The notes beneath the pieces were generated by a model. It worked only from the letters and a program-made list of their open reading frames with translations. It did no database searches and was not told the DNA's origin. From Paramecium tetraurelia (lineage: Eukaryota), in assembly GCA_000165425.1 (NCBI GenBank), contig CT868013.1, forward strand, positions 248,001 through 274,028: a DNA stretch of 26,028 bases. The letters run 5' to 3'. Below are positions 12,070-22,731 of the stretch, one piece after another; positions within the stretch are counted from its first letter, which is position 1; each line of letters opens with the position of its first letter. The position numbers and the translations under genes are program-made.

Positions 12070-13046
12070 ATGTAATAATATTCACCGCGAGCAATTGTTT
12101 GGATGACATATCTAAACTATTTGCCACAAGATTAAGCTCAATAATTGCCATTCCTTAAAAAATAATAGCAACTCTACAATTCTTATCTGGATGAACTCAT
12201 TAAAAAGGAACATTTAGAGATTTTCACTATTTTGAACAATATAGACTCTGATCAGAATTCTCTCAGTTTTAATGAATTTTTGAACATAAAGACCCAAGTC
12301 GTCAATTCATGTATGGATTTTCATGAATATAATGAAAATGAGCAACTATATGAATTGATCGAAAAAGATGTTCCGTATCTTTTTTATACAATCATTTTAG
12401 TCGAACTTTACCAAAACAATCTATCCTGAAGGAACAAACCAATGCCAAGTTCTCTTAATATTTTTTCACTGACTAATATAAAAGGAGAAAACAACAAAAT
12501 GACACTAATCCAACCCATGCAGATATCCTCATGCGAATTTTATATATTTATGGCAAACTTAATCCAGCTATTAAATATATGTAAGGAATGAGTGATCTGC
12601 TTGCTCCTTTGTATTTGATAATCAAAAATGAAACAGACACATTCTTTTGTTTTACTAAAATTATGGCTCAAATTAAAGATGCATATATTTCCACTCTAGA
12701 TTTTACAAACACTGGAATCAGAGGGCTCTTACTCAAATTTGAAAAATAATTCCAATAAAAAGAGCCAAAGTTATATAGCTATTTGCATAGCCTTGGTATT
12801 CATCCTTATATGTATGGATACAGATGGATTATAACTTGCATGACACGTGAGTTCTATCTTGATTAAATCTATTAGATTTGGGATCTAATGTTACATGATC
12901 GCAATATCCATGATTTCATTATCAAATTTGCCATTTCCATTCTTAAATATTTGAAACCCTAGTTAATTGAAGCTGATTTTAAATTGGCTTTTGATATTTT
13001 GATATACAGTGAAAAAGATGTCAATCAAATTCTCAATTTTATGTGA
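12070..13046 (+). CDS. TBC-domain Rab GTPase-activating protein (TBC1D13/TBC1D22-like)
   Basis: RAIVWMTYLNYLP; Arg finger IEKDVP|RT (intron 12375-12400); Gln finger KYMQGMSDLLAP with Q encoded by TAA 12582; TFFCF; YRWIITCMTREF; IWD; TGA 13044-13046. Confidence 0.93.
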
Positions 13047-13758
13047 TCCTATTAGTTTATACATGTTTATACTATCTAATTAATTATCTATCTAATTATT
13101 AAATTTAAAATTTGATTGACACTTTTAATCAATCATTTAAATATAATAGATTATTTTTCTATTTTTCGGTTTAAAACCATGTTATGAATGAATTTATAAA
13201 AACTTTAATGTTTCAACTCAAAATTGGTTTTAGGTAAATCACTCTGAATCACTTAAAATTTCTTATTAAGATAAATAGAATAAAATGATATGGACTAATT
13301 TATTCAAATCAATTTTCCTTTTCTTAATCTGTTCAAAAATGAGTAAATTTAACACTTTAATGTATTATATCGTTTTTGAAATAAAAAATCAATATACCAA
13401 AAAATTTTTTTCTATAAACTATAATAAATTATATATCTGTCGAGAAGCAATAACAAAGATTAAAATTTAATTGTAATCAATCTCTTCCATCATCATTTTC
13501 TTTACTTCAACCAATAAATCAAGAAATATGAATTATTTTTATATTATTTTAGAATCAATTAAAATATATTCCAATAAGTCTCAAAAGTAACTTACTATAA
13601 AAACTTTAAATAATTCTGGACTATTTATTAAATTAAACTGTATTTTTACAGATTATTTTTCAAAAGTTTAATTAATTTTATAGAATATGTATCCAAAACC
13701 TCAATTTCAATCAATAATAATATAGATATAAATGTAATTAATTAGTATTTTAAATAGA

Positions 13759-16200
13759 TCAACAAAATGATAATATTCTAATATTTCTCTAAACTATTTT
13801 GTTCATTGTTAAATCTCTTCTTGTTTTGAACTTCCTTTTTTTCAAACGACTTTCAATAAATTATTCAGCCAATGTATTCTTTCTTGTTTACTTTATTAAA
13901 GGAATAGCTGGTTGATATAAAGCATCCTGTTCTTTAAATTAATTACTTTCTACCGACGAGCTCTACTACAAAATATATTATTTTGTTTTATTAAAACTAG
14001 TCTATGTCCAAGGTCGACATGGAGCTGCTGTTATATTCACATTACTTCCATGTTGTTGATTATCCAAAAATTATTAATTTCTTGATTTAATTCTTCCTCT
14101 TTAAGTTGAATCATTCGGATTATAAAATGAAGATTAGGTTACTTGTTAATTTTTTTGGGCAGCCTATTTTTCTGAATTTGGAATCACTTTAATGGTATTT
14201 GATTAAATTTTAATTTACTTTTTGGATTAGAGAGTGCTCTCATTTTTTAATAATTGAACACTTTTCTCCTTTTTTTAAATATGTATTTTATCTCTACCTT
14301 TTTCGAATATTTCGAAACTACATTATTCAATTATTTTTCTATTGGAATTTATTTCTTTCAATTAAAAATGAGTAAATGATAGTCTTTGATCTTCAATTAT
14401 GCTTAATTCATTTTATAAACAAAGGATTAAATGTTTATTAAAATATCCATAATTTAATAAAATAGAATCCAAATTTATTTACCTTAAAATGATCTTCTTA
14501 AATGACATTAAAACTAGCATTTGAGACTAACTTCCAATTATTATTTTTGGATCCAAATAAACTTAAAAATCGTTATAATAATATTCATCTCCCTCAATTT
14601 CAATGATTGATTATTAAAAATCATCATTTTAATATTTAAACTTACTAAGTTCTCCTGAACTGGTTAGAATAAAAATATTATTTTTAAGAGAAAGCCATTT
14701 CTTAATTTCAATTTTGAAGGTAAATTACTTTAATAATTAAATGTTGTTGTCTTTCATTTTTAATAATTTAAAAACATTATGCTCGTCAATTGTTAATATG
14801 CAGATATCATTATTTATTACTTTGAATATAGTGGAAAGTTTAATCGAACATCTATTATAATTTAATTCAGAAATACTTCTATTAAAATTAGGTAGTTTGA
14901 ATAGCAGTATTTATCCTTGTTAAATGTAAACAAATAAATAAACTTAATTAAAATCAATTTCAATAAATTTGAGATTTATTATTTTATTTTTTACTAATGC
15001 TCCTTCGCTGTTGTGTAAGCGATCACCACTTATAGCAATATTGATTGTTTCCCCTTTAAATTTAAGGATATCACTTGTTTCAGTCAAAAAATAATAAGTT
15101 TCTTAAACAAAATGAGCTTGAATAATAGTTTGCTTTGTTTTGATGTAATGAGTATTAAATTTATTGGGGGATGACATTTAAATTAAGCTATTGTTATCAA
15201 ATAAAAATTAAGGATCAGAAATTCCTTCTATTAAACATCTAATATCAGATTTATGCTAATAAAGTAAGCGTTGCTCTAATTGCCTATTTAGGATATAAAT
15301 ACTTTGATGAAAGCTTGCAAACAACCTCTATTAATTGATTATAAATAGGTTTTTATACTAAAGACCTATTTTATAAATCTATAAACATTGCCATGTTTTA
15401 ATAGAAAAGAGAGATATTTCATTATTTGAAGAAGCCCAAAACATATTCTCATCATTTTTATCATTATGTAATTAATCAACATTTGATCCGTGTTCGATCT
15501 CAAAAATATTAATAGGCTGATTTTAATTGTACAATGTCCAAGTATAAATCTTCCCATCCTTTGTACCACAAATAATATAATACAATGCAGGAAAATATAG
15601 TAAACAAGTTATACTATTTTTGAAATTGGTTATGTTTGCTTTTTCTGATATCAATTAATAATTTTGAGAATAGACTTTTAGTGTAGTTTATTCCCATAGA
15701 AATATTAATGAATGTTATAAAGAGAATCCAATGAAGTATTTATTGGAATTTGTAAAGCATAATTTGTTCAATAATATTACTTTAATCTACAATGAAGTTT
15801 TTTTGATTTCCATAAAAATCTACTCTATTTTACTATCTTAAACAACATATAAGGAAATAGTTTCATCTATAAATTGAATTGCAATAGGGTAGGAGGTAAT
15901 GACAGATATTTTATTGAAAAAGACGAGATTTGATGAAAGAATATAGATTTACCAATCATCAAACAGAATGAAGTATATATCATATTTCTTTGAATAAGTG
16001 ACTTTAACAGGCTTATAATGTTATGCAAAAGTATTATATTGAACGTAATGGCTAACCGAATAGTTGAGTGTATTTATATCCTGTAACAATTTTCCATTCA
16101 TTACTAGTAAATTCAAAGAGGACTTATATAATATTTGTAAATCTCCTTTTATGCTTGTTATTTCAGTTGGAACGTAACCTAAATTTAAAGTTAAAGACAT
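13759..16200 (-). CDS. Large hypothetical protein, beta-rich (possibly a divergent beta-propeller) with a low-complexity C-terminus
   Basis: ATG 16200 MSLTLNLGYVPTEITSIKGDLQILY, with many short hydrophobic beta-strand-like segments. Frame continuity was checked over 14400-13759, ending at TGA 13761-13759. Internal introns were not mapped. Confidence 0.6.
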
Positions 16201-16273
16201 TTTATATTAATTAATTAAAAAATAATGAAGAGATAAATCTAATAAAAAATATCTGAACATTTATATATTAACA

Positions 16274-17276
16274 ATGGATTAAAATTATATAGCTCCAGAT
16301 GCATGTGTCCTTGAGATGGACTCTGAAGTTTATATTCACAACATTAAAGAATTGAGAGTTTCGACAGGTGATAAAGTCAAAATCTGTGCTGTTATGAAGG
16401 CAGATGCTTATGGACATGGAATTGAAGTTATGATGGATACTTTTGTGAAATCAATAGTCGAATATATTAGTGCTATTGACAATTATGAATTTAGAATCTT
16501 GTAAAAATGGTTTAAAGAACACAATGTTCAACATGTTAGATTACTTAGGATTGCACCAGACACCAAAGAAGAATTAATAGAATTTATCATTAATAATTGG
16601 GATGTAGAGGAAGTCTTTGGATCATTAGAAAAAGGCCAATATTTCTCAAAAATTAGTTCTGAGATATCCAGAAACTTGGAAGAGAATTGATGTCCAAATA
16701 TAATAAAATAATATATGTCCAAAACGCACATTAATGTTGAGACTGCCATGGGTAGAATGGGTTTTAGAAAAGTTGGTGATTTCAAACTCACCCAATAAAT
16801 CACTAATTTAAAAGTAGTGGGAATTATGACACATCTAGCCAGAGAATATGAGGCTCCTCCAAATGATGAAATAGCCACTAGAGCATAAGTGGATTTATTC
16901 AAAACATTCATCTCTTAATTAAACTTAGAACCAACCGTCATTAAACATGTAGCTAATTCAGCGGGCTTTGACAAAAGAAATATACATAATTTGATATGGT
17001 TAGAGCTGGCTCTATTGCCTATGGGGAAGATAAAAATTAATTCTAAGACCCAAGAGGAATAATTAAACCTATTTTTCATAAATGAAGAACAAGTGTTGTA
17101 ATTATTTTAAGATTCCTCCTAATAGTCCTATTGGTTACAATGGGATTTAAAGAACCAGATAGAGAATCAACAACAGCAATACGAGTTGGTTGGATTCCCA
17201 TAATATGGTTTTAGTTAGGAGAAAAAGATTCCCTAAAATTGGGAAGACCACAAAGAATATGCTTGTTGTTGATATA
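16274..17276 (+). pseudogene. alr: Bacterial-type PLP-dependent alanine / broad-spectrum amino-acid racemase, disrupted
   Basis: KICAVMKADAYGHG (PLP Lys codon 16397), HINVETAMGRMG, VVGIMTHLA, HVANSAG, FDMVRAGSIAYG, PPNSPIGYNG (catalytic Tyr codon 17136), IGKTTKNMLVVDI. In-frame TGA at 16688 and 17083, and frame changes near 16970 and 17105. Confidence 0.88.
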
Positions 17277-18062
17277 AAATAAATTAAAAATCTTTAAATT
17301 CTACACTTTATTATATAAATTGTTATAATTAAGGATATTTAACAGATGAATTTTTAGTTATTAAACTTTAAGATAACTTTAAACTACCCTTTTTTCTTGG
17401 TGTAATTTTAGTTTCCAAACTAATTCAAATAAATTTAAACAATATAAATATCCAACGTAATTTTTTATGATATTTAAGGAGCTAAAAAGCCAATCATCAC
17501 TTTTAAATCAATTATTATTTTTTCACCCTCTAATATATAATTTAAGGATTCAAGTGACATTGGTAATTTATTCCAGATATCAAGTTAATAAAAAAAGGAG
17601 CAGCTTGAATTTGACAAAGTTCTGAATACTTTTGATTAAGCGACAAGCAAATATTTGGATGATGCATAAAAGTAATAACTATTATTACAATAGTCCTTTC
17701 AAATCTTTATCTACAGTTGTGAGAAGAGAAATATTAGATAAAAATGATGTCTAATTTGATTAATTTAATCTGAATATGATAAGATCCTAATTTCTGCTTA
17801 TATTTAATTATTTATCTTCAATTATTATTTTTTTATCATTCTTCATGATGCAATCTGTGACGAGTTTTTGATAATTGAACCACTCGAAAGAATTCAATAT
17901 TCTTCATAAACAAATTTATAAAATAAACAATCATAAATTTCAAGATTATGATTGAATAAACAAAAAAGAGGTTCTAATCCAGGGAAAACATTTCTTAATT
18001 ATTGAAAAAAAATTAGCATATATATTAATAACTTGATTAATAATTAAATTCTATTTAATCAA

Positions 18063-18599
18063 TCAGAAAGCGTAATATGCTTAAATCTTTAAAAGTGACA
18101 TATGCTCGTATAAAGTATTTCCATCTTTGTTGTAGAATCTTAATTTTGAGACTGATAATTAGGAAAATTTGACAGCCATTACACCTGGAGGGGCTGAACC
18201 TTCATATATTAATGTTTCTGTCATTCTATCATCTCCAATTGCAAATACTTGCATATGGGTTATCCTGCTATCATAATCGTACATCCAAAACCTAATCTTA
18301 TTTATTAGATATGATTATAGAAATTCTATAATTATTGTACCATGTAACGGAACGGCAACATGCCCAACTACTCCATTATATGGAAAATAAATTAAATCTC
18401 TTATAGGACTATTATCTATAATTGGCACTATAAACATATTAGTCCTAGCAGTTATTTACATTGCTCCATTATATAATTGGATTACATTCTTGTAATTCCT
18501 TCTTAATATTGCCTTTGATGTAATATTGTCTAAACAAAAAGTCCCATTTACGTCTAAGGCAAATATGCAGAGAATGAAAAAAATAAGAAATATTCTCAT
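18063..18599 (-). CDS. Secreted ~178-aa protein with a discoidin/F5-8C (galactose-binding-like) type domain
   Basis: Intronless 537-nt code-6 ORF; signal peptide MRIFLIFFILCIFA; IIIEFLQSYLINKIRFWMYDYDSRITHMQVF and VSKLRFYNKDGN resemble the BTBD9-type F5/8C pattern. Confidence 0.75.
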
Positions 18600-18816
18600 T
18601 CATTCATAATTAAAAAGACATTTTTTTTTGTCCATTAATAAAGAAAGTCCACCATATTAATTAAATTTACTTCAATAAAGTTCCAACAATTATTTCACTC
18701 ACTTTCCAGAAAAATTATTTAATTGAAAGAATAGCTGGAATTTGGTAAAGAGATTATAAAGAATAATCTGCTTTTAAAATTTACCTCAATTCAATATTTA
18801 AAAAATTTCTGTAGAA

Positions 18817-18966
18817 NNNNNNNNNNNNNNNNNNNNNNNNNNNNNNNNNNNNNNNNNNNNNNNNNNNNNNNNNNNNNNNNNNNNNNNNNNNNNNNNNNNN
18901 NNNNNNNNNNNNNNNNNNNNNNNNNNNNNNNNNNNNNNNNNNNNNNNNNNNNNNNNNNNNNNNNNN
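18817..18966. other. Assembly gap (N run)
   Basis: Run of n bases. Confidence 0.99.
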
Positions 18967-19125
18967 TAAAACAAATTTGGATATAAGAAATTTTTCCCAT
19001 TATCCTAGAAAATATAAATAGTTCTATTTATTGAGAAGAATACTAATTTTCTGTTTTTATTTTTCTTACCATCTTAGAGATTTTTCTGTGTATAATTGTA
19101 ATAGAAAAAGGAAATATTTTTTATA

Positions 19126-21704
19126 ATGAGAGCTTGTACCAATCATCCTTAAGAAAAAATTCAAAATATTTGTATAGCTAACCATTAATGCAAAAGATTT
19201 TTATGTTAAAAATGCTAAAACAGCCATGGAGTAGGAGATTTAGATAAATTAAACATAGAGGACTTTAATAAAATAATCCAAAATCAATTTGAGTTATTCT
19301 AATAGAAATCTAAATCACTCCAAATAGAACGACAAAAAAATGAATTTAAAGAATTTATAAAAGAAGCCAAGAATAAATTTGAAAGATTAGATTAAGAGAT
19401 GTCCAAATAATTTGAGATGATAGACAAAGAAGAACAGTATTATTTTGAACTTATAACATCTCACTCTCCTAAAGTAAATTACTCAGATTAGAATATAAAT
19501 TCTTTAATTGAGATAATAAGAAAAAAATTAGAAAATTGGAATTTTTACAAAGATGGTTTTTTTCAATAATTAATGAGGATTAAAAATAACTTAGAAGAAA
19601 CCTTATCTTAATGCTTAAATAATATAATTACATATAAGTAAAAATATGATATTATGTAAGTTCTTTGGATTGTAAAGGATTAAAAAGATTTTGTGCTTAA
19701 TTGCAAGAAACTCAGTTTTAAGTTATATACACAAAAAATATGGAAATGGTTTACGTTTTAGATGGAGAAATCCTTAGATGGTAATGAAAATATATATTTT
19801 TTGAAGCGATTCAATAGAAGATTATAACAATAAACCTTAGATAATGAAAAATTTATAATAGATTAAGCATCTAAAGTGGCATGGCTCATTTAATTTGGAG
19901 TATAAAAAGTAAGGAGTATGGTACCCAACTTGGAAAGGCCTTAAAATTGATGCTGGAGGGAGTTATTTAAATGGATTAAAGTAGGGAAATTGGAAAGAAT
20001 TAGGTTAAAATTATTGGGAGTATTTTAATATTTTATCTTAGAAAAGCTGAAGTGTTTTAATAGGGGAACTATTAAAATAATTAGAAGAAAGGTGTTTGGT
20101 AAATCATTCGCAAAAATAAACAAACGTAATTATAGTCTAACAATTATTTAGTCATGAAAGTACTTATTCAGATCATGGAGTAAAGATTGGAAGAGGGTTT
20201 GACTTACATGATAATTATCATGAGTATTTATTTATACTTAGAATAGAGGAAATTAAGTCATTTTTAATGGAGAATACAAACAAGGGAAAAAAATAGGCAA
20301 ATGGAATACTCTGTTAAAGGAAAAATTATTATGTAAGATTAATTCATAATTTATCAGGTAGTGGGGAGTACGATGAATAAGGAATAAAACGTGGTTAATG
20401 GGAAGAATTGCATAATAATTTTTTTGAGTAATAAATAATCAAATTTTAGATGTAATGATTTAATTGAGTCAGGATTATACTTAGGCTCATAAATTGGATA
20501 ATTACCAATTTCACAGAAATCTGGATAATGGAATATAAAATTTGAAGGCAATGTTATGTTAAAAATTAATATAAATTTAAAGTGGTGGCGGATAATACCA
20601 AAATGGATTTAAGAATGGATTATGGACAGAAGTGCATGATTAATTTTCTCAGTATTGAATTATTATATTTATAGATAAAACTAAATTTTTTACTAGGGGG
20701 CGTATAAAAATGGAAAAAAAGTTGAAGATTGGAAAATACTATATAAAAGAGAAGAAGCGAGTAAAGCAGATTTAATGTAAGATATAAATATTATTAGAAG
20801 TGGTGGAGGCAAATATGATGAAAATCAGTTAAAAACTGGTAATTGGAAAGAATTGCATGAGAATTTTCATATGTAATCGTGATAAACATATTTCAGTTAT
20901 GGATAGATTATATATTAGGGTGTTTATAGTAAAGGGAAGAAGCAGTAAAAATGGGTTATTTAGTATCGTTCCCAAAGCGAATAAAATATCATAGAAATGT
21001 ATATTATTTAAAAAGAAACTTAGAGGCGGAGGATTATATGACTCGGAAGGACGGAAGGATAACCTTTGGGTAGAATTACATTAAAATTTCTCAGGGTATT
21101 TGATATTAAAATTAAAAATAGGCAAAGAGAGGTTTTATTGAAGGGGAAATACAAAAATGGAAAAAAGTATGATAAATGGGAAATTTTATAGATGATGGAT
21201 AATAAAGACAGAATATAAGGAATATGTAATGAAAAGTACATTCTAATATTTTAGAGGAGGAGGATGTTAACGATGAAAATTAGTTGAAACATGGCAAATG
21301 GACTGATTTGTATGAAAACTTCAATAAGTAATAATCGTGAATTAAGTAGTGATGCTCAAGTAAGATATAAAGGGGAGTATAAAAATGGTAAGAAACAAGG
21401 TGCATGGAAAATTGACCTTAGAGAAACAAAGGTAGCAAAAATTGAAATGACAATGTAAATGAATTTTAATTTTGACTTAGTGGAAATGGAGATTATGATG
21501 AAAATGGTAGAAAGACTGGTGAATGGGTAGAATTAGTAGATGATTATGATAAGTATATCAGATATTCTATTTTGAAGATGGAAACAAATCATTTATAAAG
21601 GAGTATATGTTGAAGGTGTGAAGGTAGGAGATTGGAATTAGTGGATAAGGATAGGTAATAATGGCAACTTTATACCGTATCTAGAAGATGGACTTAAGTT
21701 GTGA
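19126..21704 (+). CDS. B-box-like zinc finger, coiled coil and tandem MORN-like repeat protein
   Basis: MRACTNHPQEKIQNICIANHQCKRFLCQKCQNSH; coiled coil to about 19650; about 8 units of GGGxYDxxGxKxGxWxELxxNF|xxVxxxGxYKNGKKxGxW; about 15 GT-AG introns; TGA 21702-21704. Confidence 0.85.
19950..21650 (+). repeat. Degenerate intragenic tandem repeat, ~210-230 bp per unit including two introns
   Basis: Recurring ggwggwgg...tatgatgaaaat...aaatgg...gaatt...aattt and ggrgartayaaaaatggwaaraaa motifs starting near 19955, 20152, 20358, 20583, 20801, 21024, 21255 and 21481. Confidence 0.8.
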
Positions 21705-21729
21705 AATCAATAACAAATAAAAAATTTGA

Positions 21730-22731
21730 TCGATTATTATGGAGTTGATATTTCTGTATTGGCCCAAAACAAGTTGATTTCTCTATAGTATTTATAATAT
21801 CTTCCAAGATATCCATTCTTTTTGTTGATGTTATATTCGTACTCCAATAAGTTAGTCACTTTTTGTTCTTTTTAGTTTCAAATTTCCTTTCTTCGTTTGT
21901 TCGTATAAATATATTTAGTAAAACAATATTAATATACAACTATTTTTATGAATACTTCCTTTCTCTTCCCTATTATCTTTTGTTATAGAATTATAAAATT
22001 ATTGCCTAAATAAAAAAGTTTTTCCACAAAAATATGAGACACTGAATTGGGAATTGGTTAATTTTATCTAAAATTTTAGATTTAATATTTTACTTTTAAT
22101 CAAATATATATTTGAAATTGATGTAGTTAGGTCGCTAAAATGCTAAATTCTTGAGATGAAATCTGATGAATTATATTTGTCAAATATACCTTAAAGCCTT
22201 TTTGATAGATAGTCAATTTAATGACTTTTATTAGTAAATAGTAAAACCGATAATAAAGATTCCTCAAGNNNNNNNNNNNNNNNNNNNNNNNNNNNNNNNN
22301 NNNNNNNNNNNNNNNNNNNNNNNNNNNNNNNNNNNNNNNNNNNNNNNNNNNNNNNNNNNNNNNNNNNNNNNNNNNNNNNNNNNNNNNNNNNNNNNNNNNN
22401 NNNNNNNNNNNNNNNNNNATTCCAGAATTATATCATGTGACAGATCGGTCACTCCAGTATTTATTACTTGTAAACCACATATAATTAATATTTCTTCTTC
22501 ATTTTCACAACAACTCAATATTAGGGAGATTGAATATTAGTTTAGTTCATACAAGTTAGAGTTTATAAGTTGTAAACGTAATCAGAACAAAAATAAATGA
22601 GGGGGAACTAGTCCCAAAATATTATGACTAAAACATTCTAATTTTAGCATCCTCAAAAATAGCAATTTCTTTTTGATCTTCGATAATAGAAAATGATGTG
22701 CGCCTATTTCAAAAAATTCAGCATCGCTCAT
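21730..22731 (-). pseudogene. Probable degenerate hypothetical gene spanning the gap
   Basis: Protein-like code-6 stretches on both sides of the gap (LILSCCENEEEILIICGLQVIN; LEESLLSVLLFTNKSHQIDYLSKRLQGIFDKY; KRMDILEDIINTIEKSTCFGP) that I could not join into one frame. Confidence 0.3.
22269..22418. other. Assembly gap (N run)
   Basis: Run of n bases. Confidence 0.99.

Noticed and set aside
13047..13758. 61-aa ORF at 13285-13470 in an AT-rich spacer
   Set aside because: Short, motif-free and compositionally intergenic.
16528..16911. 127-aa minus-strand ORF (likewise 1190-1414, 5060-5245, 9085-9315, 20354-20551 and 21020-21241)
   Set aside because: Antisense shadows of genes recognised on the opposite strand.
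16274..17276. Bacterial contamination or chimeric assembly as the source of the racemase
   Set aside because: In-frame TAA Gln codons and host-like AT content fit a ciliate gene, and there are no bacterial neighbours. Read-level confirmation is still needed.
19950..21650. Regularly spaced motifs with short AT-rich spacers, superficially CRISPR-like
   Set aside because: The repeats are conserved at protein level rather than as identical DNA, and the spacers are GT-AG introns.
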